Below are positions 1 to 11,675 of a DNA stretch of 64,000 nucleotides, in pieces. The stretch lies in assembly GCA_965112155.1 (NCBI GenBank), contig OZ218105.1. One strand, written 5' to 3'. Origin of the DNA: Podarcis liolepis. Its lineage: Eukaryota. The stretch's first letter is position 1; each line of letters opens with the position of its first letter. The notes under the pieces are model-generated. The model saw only the letters and a program-made list of their open reading frames with translations. It did not search any database and had not been told where the DNA came from. The position numbers and the translations under genes were made by a program.

Positions 1-353
1 ACATTCAGCGGGTTTTCCACCACAACTTCAAACTGAACAAAGCAAAGTGGATTTTTGCCACATATCCCCTCCCTATCAATCCTGTCATTTACATAGAGGT
101 TTCCATTCTCTGCATTGATACTGAAATGCTGCATTTTAGCCACAGACACAGTGTGCAGATTGCGATGTTTTAGTTCTTTGGTGCTCAGTCCCAGGTCCTT
201 GGCGAGGTTCCCCACAACGGAACCCTTTGCCATCTCCTCAGGGGTTGAATAATGAATCTGCTCTGATGCAGCCCAACAGGTAAAAGACAAGAGAGAGAGA
301 AGCAGTACTTGCCTTGTGAGTGCCCTGCCATTCCCTGGGTGCCTTCTCTCCAT
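1..353 (-). CDS. PCDHGB: Protocadherin gamma-B-like variable exon, class Y (Y0), 5' part only (signal peptide + most of EC1); runs off the window edge
   Basis: 1-353 is nearly identical to 20161-20513, the 5' end of the 848-aa ORF MERRHPG...; ATG at 353. Confidence 0.9.
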   Translation of the reverse strand, partial: MERRHPGNGRALTRQVLLLSLLSFTCWAASEQIHYSTPEEMAKGSVVGNLAKDLGLSTKELKHRNLHTVSVAKMQHFSINAENGNLYVNDRIDREGICGKNPLCFVQFEVVVENPLN

Positions 354-625
354 CTGGCTGGTTCTCTCAAAAACAGGCTGCTTCCTTTTCTCAGTTTCCT
401 ATGCTCAAGCTCTCACAGTGATGAAGGAAACAACATGAGGTATCACTGAAGAAGAATAAACTGCCCTTGTTCTTATATTTGTGCAAAGCAAAAGAGATTT
501 TTCCTTCTCTGCAACAGTTCCCTGTCTCTGTGCTCTTCAGCTGGCCTGATCTGAACAACAGTGATGGGAGTTACTGCAGTCTAGGAAGCATCAATGGATG
601 TCTATCCTCTCTCTGGCTGTCATAC

Positions 626-666
626 TGGCCAACACTGACACTTGGAGGACTACTGAAGGAACTGCA
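626..666 (-). promoter_or_regulatory. CSE/CTCF-like promoter element of Y0 (CAGT core)
   Basis: Minus strand TGCAGTTCC-N15-AGTGTCAGTGTTGGCCA ~270 bp upstream of the ATG; aligns with the CGCT-containing element of the gamma-A exon. Confidence 0.75.
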
Positions 667-909
667 AGGAAAACCATGTTCACCATAACATAGAAAGATG
701 GAGCTAAAATAATGCACGTTTCCACAATGTGAACTTTTTCTTTAGCCAATTGCAAGTGGAGAATTTGAAAAAGTTTTTCCTTGTTTCACCTTCGTTTAGC
801 ATATTACTTTTATTGTCCACACCTTCAGCAACAAAGGCTTCCAGGGTGGGGTACAGGTCCAAAAAAGCAATATAAATAAAACAAAAATAAAACAAACTAC
901 ACTCATAAT

Positions 910-1078
910 AGAGACCAACTAAGTTTGTTATTGGTATGAGTTTTCGTGTGCATGCACACTTATTCGTGCATGCACACGGAAGCTCATACCAATAACAAAC
1001 TTAATGGGTCTCTAAGGTGCTACTGGAAGGATTTTTTAAATTTTGTTTTGACTACGGCAGACCAATATACCTACCTGT
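910..1078. mobile_element. Short Penelope-like retroelement remnant with inverted 5' segment and 15-bp target-site duplication
   Basis: Long inverted repeat ~911-1011; direct repeat AACTACACTCATAAT at 895-909 and 1079-1093; ...GGTCTCTAAGGTGCTACTGGA... resembles squamate Penelope ends (family from recall). Confidence 0.6.
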
Positions 1079-4000
1079 AACTACACTCATAATGTTTGGT
1101 TATGAATAGATTTCATTTATTTTCTAAGTGGCCTCAATCCAGCTCCCTTTCAAAATGGGATTGGTGGCTCTGGCAGATTTTCATTATTCCCCTTACACAT
1201 ACATGCAAAAGAAGCACATTTTAAAATGCAATAGAAGGCCCTTTGAGATACTAGGTGTGGATAAACTTATGGATAATTCCCCCCCCCCCGCTTCACTCAG
1301 TTCCCTTCAGTAACAAAGTGAAGTATGGGCTCTCTTTTCCCTGCTACTCTTCTCAGTAACCTCAGTTCATGGTAGATGTGGGCAGAGATGGCAGTTAGCG
1401 TTTTGCAGACATATTCAAAGGAAGATTCCTCTTTTGCCTTCCTTGTCAATAATGGGTGTAGCTTCTTCATACACTAGGACTTTGACTGAGGAGGCTGCAG
1501 CTCCCAGAGGAGACCAGTGGCTCTCTCCAAGGTCTTCAGCAAAGGGATCAGAAGACAGCAGAGGAACACAGAGGCTAGAGCTACTTTCAGTGGCTTTTTA
1601 GATAGTACTGTGAAAATTGAGATTGCATCTGGGACTGCAGTTTCGCTTACATGAAGATGATACTCATGTCCACTTTTTATTGGTAATATGGTGACATTGT
1701 TAATATATATACTTGTGTGCAGTTATAACCAGTATATTTAACGTTCCCCCACCATATTACATATCTGTGTTGCACAAATAAACTGTGCCATTAATTTGAA
1801 GCAGAGAATTGAATCCTGTCATGGAAAACAGTGTGGGGTGGTTTTATGGTTTGAGAGTTTCATTATCACCAGTAGTTGCTGATCCTTGGTGATACTTCCA
1901 AGTAAAGAGCCTTCCTCCATTTCCTCAGGGAAAAAGTGGCGAATCTTCAAGGAGTGGTAATGACTTGCCAATGTTAACAGATAAAAGAGACAGAGTGATA
2001 AAAGAATTGTAAGTCTAAGGTGTTAGAAGCAAGATCTCCTGATTCAGAGGTATAAATAGGACCAATGTGAGCAATTTTGTTAGCAGGTTTTATTGAAAAT
2101 ATGCCACCGTGGTCTTTAGGAGGTGGCTTGCTTTGGGTGGTGGGGATAGATTGAGTTGTAACTTCCTGTCAACAGCTAAAACAGTCCTGCGTGGCACCCC
2201 CCATGCAATTTCAGTGAACAAGGAAACTCTCTTTGCTGCTCCTAAGACAAATCATAGAAATGCAAACAGGCCTTGTGCCGTGTTCAGACATATCCAACAA
2301 GAGCCTGACATTCTTTATAAAGTTATCCAACTCCATCCAGAACTGAAAGATTTTCATTGCTCTCATAGCTTCTCTCATTCATATTGCAGAAAGTTTTTTT
2401 TTAAAAAAATCATACAAAATACAAGGATGATAAATATACAATTACATATGGCTTGAGCTAACCGGAGGCAACTATAGGAGGACACACATCAAAACTACCC
2501 ACCGTTATGCGGCCACTGCCAGATCCACAGCCCTGCTGTTCACATTAGCCATAGCAGAATATGGAGATCCAGAATGACCTGGTCCGAGTCTGTTGCATGA
2601 CTGCAGCAAGACTGGCTCAGGATACAGCAGTTACTTGGCCAGCTCAGCCATGCCCCTGCCCTCAGAATGCCCCATTTGGGGATCTCCATTGGCTCCTGCA
2701 CATCCAGCAGGTAGAAGGTGATGTCAGCTGAGCCGAGAGTGCCAGGCAGGGGGACGTCTCTGCCTAATCCAACCCCGTTGTTCCCTAGCTCAGTGGAAAT
2801 GGGGGTTGGATTGCTTTGTGTATCATCACTGGCTTATTAAAATACCTGTCTGACCTCTTTAGACTCTCAGATGAGGCCAAATATTATTGCTCAAAATGTG
2901 AAATAAATTTGCCTTGTTATAATATCCTACTACACGAACATTTAACACACGATTGTTTTCTGTATGATGAAATTATGGGAGACTGAACCAATGGAAGGGA
3001 AAGAGCAGGGAGCCATTCCCCACTGGCAGAGACAATACTTGGCCATTATATGGCACTTCTGACTGTTAGGCCAGTGCTATTTATTGCACTGGTATTACAG
3101 ATTTGCAGCTGAGAATGAGAAAAAGTAACATGCCTAATGAGAGCAAAAGTATATGTGGCTTTAAATGTTTTATTACATTGAATGAAAATGCATTCTTAAT
3201 GGAAATAGATGTCATTGGGGGAGCAGGATCATGACCATGGGTGCAGAGACAGTATCAATGGGACCTTTCGTCTTCTCAGTGCAAATAATGAAGTGGGTTA
3301 GGATTTTTCTTGCAACTCTGCTTCTGCTGTCCCATCCAAGGGATCTATTTCCATTTTTAAATGCAATAAATCATTTAATGTCACCAAAGTTTGTGGCAAG
3401 AGCCAAAATTCAAATTACAGATCTCATGCCTATCAGCTCACATACTTGGCCAATAAACTAGGTGAGTTCTTACTTAGTATACAGGTTTAATTCCTGATAT
3501 CTCCAGTTTTTTAAAACATCTAATAAAACTAGGCTGAGAAACACCTGAGTTACCACCTACTGCTCATAAGGCTGGAAAATACTAATTAGATAGATTATTG
3601 ACCCTGTTTAGTAAACACACAACTGATCTATCCATATGAGTAAAGACATAAACTATTTCAGACACAGAATTAGAGGGCAGTAAATAAAAGTTCAAATATT
3701 TTGGGAAGCCTGGATTTTCCACAGATACTATTATTTGAGAACTAAATAACCTTTCCAAGAGGCAAGAAGGTCAAGAAAGAAGCTCCGAAAGAAGCATTCA
3801 ATTTAAACAAGAAAACCATCACAATCATGCAAAAATCGCTGAACAAGAAAATATATGAATATCTCTAATATTTGTCTCATGGTTGCTCTTTAAGCACTTA
3901 AGCTCTTGTGGGACAAGCTGTTTACAATTCTCCTATCTCTACACGCATTTGCTTGCAACAGAAACAACCACATATACAAAAAGTGAACTATGTGAACTCC

Positions 4001-4157
4001 CAAACCTCATTTTATCTGAAGAGAACAAGTATAAATGAGAGAATATGTCTCCAGTTCCATTTCTTCAGAACAAGTGCAAAACAAATAATATAAATGGCAT
4101 TAATGTCTAACTGAAAATATAAAGTGAAAAACCTTTGATTTGATAGCAAAACTTCAC

Positions 4158-6569
4158 CTGTATATTGGCTGAATCCCCATTACTGTTTGCAATCTCTTCA
4201 GCAATGAGAAAGGGATCATTTATCTCACAGGGCTGGTGACTGGTCATAGTATTGGAAATATTTCCCTTGGGAAATCCGAAATTGCTCTTCCTAGAGTCTG
4301 TAGTGAGAGAAACCTCCTGGCAGTAGGAGTGCAGAAATGCTCGGACTCCGTCAATCCCCACAAACTGTGAAACTGGAACTCCACTAAACTTCTCAGTTCC
4401 AGACTGTGAATATCTCCACCTATGAAGTTTAACTGCCAGTAACACAAGGAGGAAGATGAAGAACAAGCAGGAGACAAAAGCCACTGCAAGGACCAGGTAG
4501 AAGGTGAGGTCAGACGGAGGCTCCACAGGAGCTGAGATGCTGCTCAGGTCTGAGAGGATTGCAGGGATGGTGTCAGCCAGCACCACAGTCAGAGTGGCTG
4601 AAGCAGAGAGAGGTGGCTGCCCATTGTCCTTGACTAAAACCACCAGGCTTTGCTTGAGAGCATCTTTCTCCAGAAAGAAGCGGGCTGTCCTGATCTCTCC
4701 CGTGTGGAGCCCCAGAGTGAAGAGCCCTGGCTCGGTGGCCTTGATCAGCTGGTAGGAGAGCCAGGCATTCTGGCCAGAGTCCGCATCCACGGCCACCACC
4801 TTAGTGACCAGGTAGCCTGGCTCAGAGGAGCGAGGGGCCAGCTCTATCCCTGTGGAGCCATCAGTGGGAGGGGAGGGGTACAGGATTTGGGGAGCATTGT
4901 CATTCTGGTCCAGGATGAAGAGAGTCACTGAGACGTTGGAGCTGAGTGGTGGAGAACCTCCATCCTGGGCCTTGACCAGAAACTTCATCTCCCTCATCTC
5001 CTCATAATCAAAAGAGATCAGGCCATAGACAATCCCAGTCTCAGAGTTAATGGAGAGGAAGGAAGATACTGGGGAGTCACTGATGTTGTGCTCAATGATG
5101 GAATAAGTGACTCTGGCGTTCTCTCCACAGTCTGGATCATCAGCCTTCAGGGAAAATATGGAGGCCCCTCTTGGGTTGTTCTCCATTAAATACGAAGTGT
5201 AAACAGATTGCAGGAAGTGTGGAGGGTTGTCATTTGTGTCTAAAACCTCAAGTGGAATAACAATTGATGTGGAAAGTGGAGGGGTCCCGTGATCCGTGAC
5301 TGTGACAGTGATGTTGTAGGCTGCCACCTGCTCTCTGTCCAGGGCTCTTGCTGTCACCAAACTGTAGTAGTTGCCATAGGCTTTTGTCAGTAGAAAGGGG
5401 AGGTTGCTGGGGATAGAGCACGTGACTTCTGCATTCTCTGCCGAATCCTCATCTTGCACATTCAAAAGGGCTATTGCAGTCGCTGGTGGAGAGTTCTCAG
5501 GGATGGAGCTGATAAGTGAAGTTATTTCCAGTTTGGGTGCATTGTCATTTACATCAGTAACAAATATTATGACAGTTGAAGTGTCAAATAGCCCTCCACT
5601 ATCATGGACTTGGACCTCCATTTCATAAAGAGCAGAGTCTTCGTAGTCTAAGCTTCCTATGAGTGTTATCTCACCTGTGTGTGTATCTAAGTGAAATATC
5701 TGGGAAATCTTTCCCGTGATTTTTGCAAAGGAAAATGTCATTTCTTTGTTGGTCCCTTCATCCAAATCAGTAGCTTTTAATGTAACCACAATGGTTCCTA
5801 TAGGTAAATCCTCCCTTGCGCTCACTTCATAAATGCGTTGGCTAAAAATTGGTGCATTGTCATTCACATCCAGGACTGTAATGTGCAGCTGCGCAGTGCC
5901 ACTCCTGACTGGATCACCACCATCATATGCGGTGATGATAAGATTATGAACTGCTTCTTTTTCATGGTCCAGAGGTCTTTCCAACACAATTTTTCCATAT
6001 TGTTTGCCCTTAACTGATGTTTGGAGAATCAAAGAAAAATGGCTATTGTTGCTGAGTTTGTACCCCTGTAGAGAATTGTTTCCTAAATCAGGATCTTGAG
6101 CTTCCAAGAGGGGAAACTGGGACCCCAATGCTGCATTCTCGCTGATATTTATCACTAGTTTCTCTGACGGGAAGGTGGGCGCATGGTCATTGATATCTGT
6201 GACTTCCACTTCAACTCCATAAATTTTCATTGAATCTTCAACTATAATCTCAAAATTCAAAATGCATTTCTCTTCCTGACCACAGATCTCCTCTCTGTCT
6301 ATTCTCTTTGTGGTGTGCAAATGGCCACTCTTATAATTCAAAGCAAAATACTGAGTCCTACCTGGTGAAACAATGCGAATTCCACGATCTGAGAGCTCCT
6401 TTGCGTCCAGTCCAAGATCCCTTGCAATATTCCCCACCAAAAAGCCTCTCTCAGTTTCTTCAGGAATGGAGTACTGGATCTGTCTGGTGATGGCTTGGCA
6501 GATGTTAGCAAACAGAAATAAAAAGAAAACTCTCCTTTTGCAAGCTTGAGAATACTTTGCTGTTGCCAT
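4158..6569 (-). CDS. PCDHGA: Protocadherin gamma-A-like variable exon (804 codons)
   Basis: Six cadherin repeats (DxNDN, LDxE), EC1 C-X5-C, gamma-A-type motifs [46 protein letters not shown]. The ORF-track start at 6662 is TTG; the first ATG is 6569. Phase-0 donor CAG|GTGAAG at 4158/4157. Confidence 0.92.
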
Positions 6570-6754
6570 TCCTGGTCTGATATGAAGCTGTTGGGGAGAT
6601 CTGTGATTCAGGATGAAGGAGTGTTGCCAGAAAGGGTCTTGCAGCTGAGATCCCCAAAGCAAAAATGTTCACTGAAACTCTGATCTCTCAGCATTTTCTG
6701 AGCTGAGCTGCTCATCTGGGAAGGCTGAATTTCTCAGTGTATTTCTTAGCCTTG

Positions 6755-6796
6755 GTTGGTCAACAGCGACACTCAGAGTCACAGCCAGGAACTGCA
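6755..6796 (-). promoter_or_regulatory. Canonical clustered-Pcdh CSE (CGCT box; CTCF-like site with upstream module)
   Basis: Minus strand TGCAGTTCC-N14-AGTGTCGCTGTTGACCAA, CGCT at 6765-6768, ~200 bp upstream of the ATG. Confidence 0.85.
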
Positions 6797-6821
6797 CACA
6801 CTACATTTTTTTGTTTCGATT

Positions 6822-6949
6822 NNNNNNNNNNNNNNNNNNNNNNNNNNNNNNNNNNNNNNNNNNNNNNNNNNNNNNNNNNNNNNNNNNNNNNNNNNNNNNN
6901 NNNNNNNNNNNNNNNNNNNNNNNNNNNNNNNNNNNNNNNNNNNNNNNNN
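6822..6949. other. Assembly gap (128 N)
   Basis: Run of N. Confidence 1.
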
Positions 6950-7041
6950 AATTAATTACTAACCCGTTTTATCACTAAATGTCATGCTCGTGTTTCCTTG
7001 CTCTATCAATTTAATGCATTTATTTGCGTCAATACACAAGA

Positions 7042-7179
7042 CATATAATAGGATCACAGATTTTGAAGGCACCACAAAGGTGATCTAGTCCAATCCCCTG
7101 CAATTCAGGAATCTTTTTGTCCCACATGGGGCTCAAACCCACATTACGAGTCTCATACTCTACTGAACTGAGGTATCCC
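7042..7179 (-). mobile_element. Degenerate tRNA-derived SINE with CR1-like tail
   Basis: Minus strand begins GGATACCTCAGTTCAGTAGAGTATGAGACTC...GTGGGTTTGAGCCCCA (tRNA-like A/B boxes), followed by GGATTGGACTAGATCACC, typical of CR1 3' ends. Confidence 0.55.
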
Positions 7180-8100
7180 ACATAAGCGGGAATGCTGCTG
7201 ATGTGCACTCTGTTTCACAGATAAACAAAACCAGGTGAGTATTTATTTTAATTTATCATGAAACACCAAGTTATGCCTTGTAAGTGGATTCTTATTCTCT
7301 AGAAAAGGAGAGAACCCCAATAACCAACAAGTCAGTTAAACCTTCCTTGGTAAGATTAAGTTTTCTACATAGGTATGTAATGGGCACAGTTACCACATAA
7401 ACAAGTATGGAAATTTGTACACAGGAATCCTAATGTTAGAGGAAAATCATGAAAATCTTATGTTTTTATGCATTTTCCCTAGCTCTTGGAACATTGACTC
7501 CTAAATATATATAGTATTTTAAGAACATTTTTACTGGAAATATGTGTGTCTTTTCAAGGCTCAATACATCATAGCATCTACTAGGAATTCCTCACAAAAC
7601 ATTATGAGGGCGGGTGAGGGGAGGGAACTTGTAAAATAATTTCAAAGTAAAACATTCTAAAAAAAATTATATGAAAAATGCAAACTAATGGATGCTTAAT
7701 TAAACATTTTCTGAAAATTTATTTATTATAATTATTTTCTTCAGCAGAAGGGCTGGAATAATTCTTTTTTGAATCTTTCCTAAGTTGTTAGATGTCTGTC
7801 AATCAGCATTTATGGAATGCATGTATCCAGAACAGTTATTCTTGGTCCCTAGTAGGAATCTGGCTACTCCAAGAGTTCTCCTGTAAATGCAAACTACGCA
7901 TGGTCCAGCTCTTTTGCGCCACAGCATCACAATGCTGACTCATATAACAGTATTCATCTAGCGTCTGCTCCCTCTGTCTTTCAGAAGTGCTATTTTCTGT
8001 GCTTTTGATTATAGTTTCCTTACAAGTCCTTACAGTTGAATCTTTACAATCTGCCAAATTCTGGAGGTAAGGAACATTTTCAGAGAATCCCATGCATCCC

Positions 8101-8180
8101 CCTTCCTTCCTTCCTTCCTTCCTTCCTTCCTTCCTTCCTTCCTTCCTTCCTTCCTTCCTTCCTTCCTTCCTTCCTTCCTT
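8101..8180. repeat. (CCTT)20 microsatellite
   Basis: Direct reading. Confidence 0.98.
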
Positions 8181-8982
8181 TCTGTTTACTGAGGGTACAA
8201 TAAACAGCTTCTATTTAGACAGCGCCTGTTTACTGAGGGTACAACAAGCAGCAATGTTAAGATCTCTCCCGCTTCTACTTAGGCAGTGGTGGGTCATAAA
8301 AATCTGTTCACTGGTATTAGTTCCATAGCAGACTCCTACTTGCTGGTGCCATGCAGAGCTCCTTCTGCAGCATTTGCTCCCCTGTGGCCAGAGCAGGATC
8401 TAACCACCAATGCAGGAACAATTACAGTAATTGCTCTACCAGCGCTTGGCATGGTATTGGATCCAAAAACATGAAATAGGTTTGTTGGACATCATAGGCT
8501 GTGTACACATGTAGCCTCTAAAATGCACAGGGGAAATCACCCCCCCCCTCACTTTGTACGTAGTTGTTTGCAGTGCTTCTTCTTCTTCTTCTTTTTTACA
8601 AAGAGAGGTGCAGGAACTCCCAAATTTGTTGAGCTTCTTTTTGGGAGCCATCATAAACACACGCCACATCAACTACCTTAAAAAGAGCCCAAAACACTCA
8701 CCACGCCAAGTCCCAATCCATCCCAGGTCTGCCGGAACGCTCAGGAGAGGTGCTACTGGAAAAAAGACCTGGTTGTTTGCAATTTCACACACCTTTGTGC
8801 AATAACATCATCCAAAGTAGCAGCTACTCTCTGTGCTGTCTGTACACAGGTGGGCATGTTTTCAAACTAGTGTGTAATGAAGTTCTGTGTTCCCCTCCCC
8901 ATCAGTACTTCCTATTATCACATACCTTAAAAAAGCACATATTTTTCAGTCTTTTGGGAGGGGGTTGGAAACTGATGTGTTG

Positions 8983-9028
<46 letters not shown>
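8983..9028. repeat. (ATATAC)n microsatellite
   Basis: Direct reading. Confidence 0.95.
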
Positions 9029-9797
9029 TTTTTATGGAGAGAGCTAAGTTGCTGTACTGCTCCGTTTTTGTTTTTGCCTCTTTCATTCACAGACAGGTTA
9101 AACAAGGTGAGTTGCAGTGTCACAGCCATGCAACATCAGTAGATCTGCTCCAATAGGAGGTGACCTAAGAAAGCATTCTTGGTCTACACTTGCATGCAAC
9201 AAGTGCTTGAGAAGTACAATCTTGGCACAAAACAGATTATAACCATTCCAGAAGGATACACCTAAAATGACAAATAGTGTGGGACAGGGCTGACATCGGG
9301 ATGACGTGTGCACAGCACCCCCAAAAGGCGTATCTGAATCCGGCACTGAATGCACATTATCATGCAGTTTGTACACACCATTACTGGTATATTTGAACTC
9401 ATATGCTCTAGATGAAGGAGGATGTCAAAGGATTGATAGATTAGAGACTTCGGCAATTAAGTAGTATATGAAAATACATTAAATGAAAAGATTGTGATAA
9501 TTACATTATGACGGTCAGGAACTGAGAGCAATAGAAAGACAAAGTAAGAGAGTGATACAAGAAATCAAGATATCTAATTCAGAAGGATTTTATGATACTG
9601 TAGAGGTTTCCTTGGAAAATAACAGAAGTAGTTTGATTTTGATTTGTCCACATTAATGGTAATAGCCCCTATTATTGTTCTGTATAATAGCCCACAAGAT
9701 GCAATTTCCCCCCATTAATTAAATTCATTAAATTTCATCTTACGGTCTGTCTCACAACACCACACAGTATACCCATGCACAGAATTCCATTCCATGA

Positions 9798-10435
9798 AAA
9801 CATAAGAACAGTCCTACTGAATCAGACCATTGACCTATCCAGTCAAGCATCCTGTCTCCCACAGTGGCTGGCCAGATTCCTCTCAGAAGCTCCATTCTTG
9901 GACCACAGCAACTAAAATCAGGGGCACAATGCCTCTCAGACTAGAGGTAATATTGCCACCATGACTACAAACCAGTGATGGCTTTATCCACCATAAATTT
10001 CTTTATTAAATTTACATCTTGCCATTTTTCCTGTAGGAGCCCTCATATGATCTAATTCTCCTTAAAGCCACCAAGTTGGGGGTGATCACTGCATCTTGTA
10101 GTAGCAAATTCCATAGCCGAACTATAAGGTGAACTATAACTTACATTGTTATAAAGAACAAAGAAACATAACATAAGAAGAAGCCTGCAATATTGGCCCA
10201 AAGGTGGAGCTTGTCCAGGACTCATGGAGGCCACCGGAAGCCCATGAGAAGCCCCCAAGCAGAACATGAGCACAACAGCACTGCCACCACCTGTGATTCC
10301 ATGAACCTCATACTCACAGGCATATAGCCTCTGGCAGTGGAGGCAGAACCTAGACAACATGGTTAGTAGCCATGGAATTTGTGTAAACCTCTTTTAAAGC
10401 CATTCAGGCTGTGGGCTATCACAGCCTCTTGTTAG
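9798..10435 (-). mobile_element. Two degenerate CR1 LINE 3'-end fragments (~9798-10120, ~10170-10435)
   Basis: AACATAAGAA...CTAGTC/CAGCATCCTG and TTAAAGCCA..CAAGTTGG..ATCACTGCATCTTGT motifs typical of reptile CR1 3' regions; boundaries approximate. Confidence 0.5.
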
Positions 10436-10927
10436 TTATGTGAGAGAGAAAACTTTTCTATTTCTGCATTTTCCACACTATGCTGAAATCTATGCCTCTC
10501 AATTATGTCCTTCCTTATTTGCCTTTTCTCCCCTAAACTTAAAAATAAAAAATGTCATAACCTTTTTTCATAGGGGAATTACTCCACCCACCTGTCATTG
10601 TGCTTGCTCTTTCCTGAACATTCTTCAGTTTTATTTTTAATTCCTTTCCTAACAATTTCTACCATGGTTTTCACCTTTTCCACATCTGTTTTACACTGAG
10701 TCAATATCTTCATCAAGCTATCCACTATGACTCCAGGATCTTGTTCCTAGTGAGTCACCGCTGATGACAAAATATGTGAAAAAAAGATTTCTTTGCACTT
10801 TCTTACATGGGGTCTTACATTGAATTGCTGTTACCTTATTATTGATATCTACATTAGTACGGAAAACTCAAATTCACCGCACTCTTCCATTTCATTCATA
10901 ATTACTAGAAGTTAAACCATAACAACA

Positions 10928-11284
10928 GGGACGCGGGTGGTGCTGTCGGTTAAACCACAGAGCCTAGGACTTGCAGATCAGAAGGTCGGTGGTTTGAATC
11001 CCCGCGACGGGGTGAGTTCCTGTTGCTCGGTCTCAGCTCCTGCCAACCTAGCAGTTTGAAAGCACGTCAAAGTGCAAATAGATAAATAGGTACCGCTCCG
11101 GCAGGAAGGTAAACGGCATTTCCGTGCGCTGCTCTGGTTTCGCCAGAAGCGGCTTAGTCATGCTGGCCACATGACCCAGAAGCTGTACACCCGGCTCCCT
11201 TGGCCAATAAAGCGAGATGAGCGCCGCAACCCCAGAGTCGGCCACGACTGGACCTAATGGTCAGGGGTCCCTTTACCTTTACTT
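10928..11284 (+). mobile_element. Full-length Sauria SINE with 14-bp TSD
   Basis: GGGACGCGGGTGG.. head, B-box-like GGTTTGAATCCC, TCATGCTGGCCACATGACC core, (ACCTTT)n tail; TTAAACCATAACAA at 10912-10925 and 11285-11298. Confidence 0.9.
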
Positions 11285-11675
11285 TTAAACCATAACAAGA
11301 TCAAGACTCACCTGAACATAATTTTCAGCTACAGCATTGAAAATGCCCCTGCCATTGCAACTTGAGGGCTTGTAAAAAAAATTCTCTACATTCTGAACAG
11401 CAGGTTCTAGTAATATAATTTCATGTTTTTCTAGTTCTCTCATGTACTAAATCAGGTAGGTAAGAGGAAGACAAGCTAAAAATATTAGTTTTACTCAGTG
11501 CAATTTGTCTAGGCAAAGAGGTGCCTACTTTGTTCTCTTATAATGGCAAAACAGCCTACCTGAGAGGCGCCAGAACTGAGTGCTGGTGCATTCTGACAGA
11601 AAGAAAGGTCTGGTTTTATTCCTACAAGGAGCAAGCCTGTGCTGCCAACATCACAGTTCCGAAAGCAAAGCTTAC

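Noticed and set aside
6737-6962. ORFs spanning poly-X
   Set aside because: Artefacts of the N gap.
8092-9156. Low-complexity ORFs (PSFL repeats, IY repeats)
   Set aside because: Translations of microsatellites.
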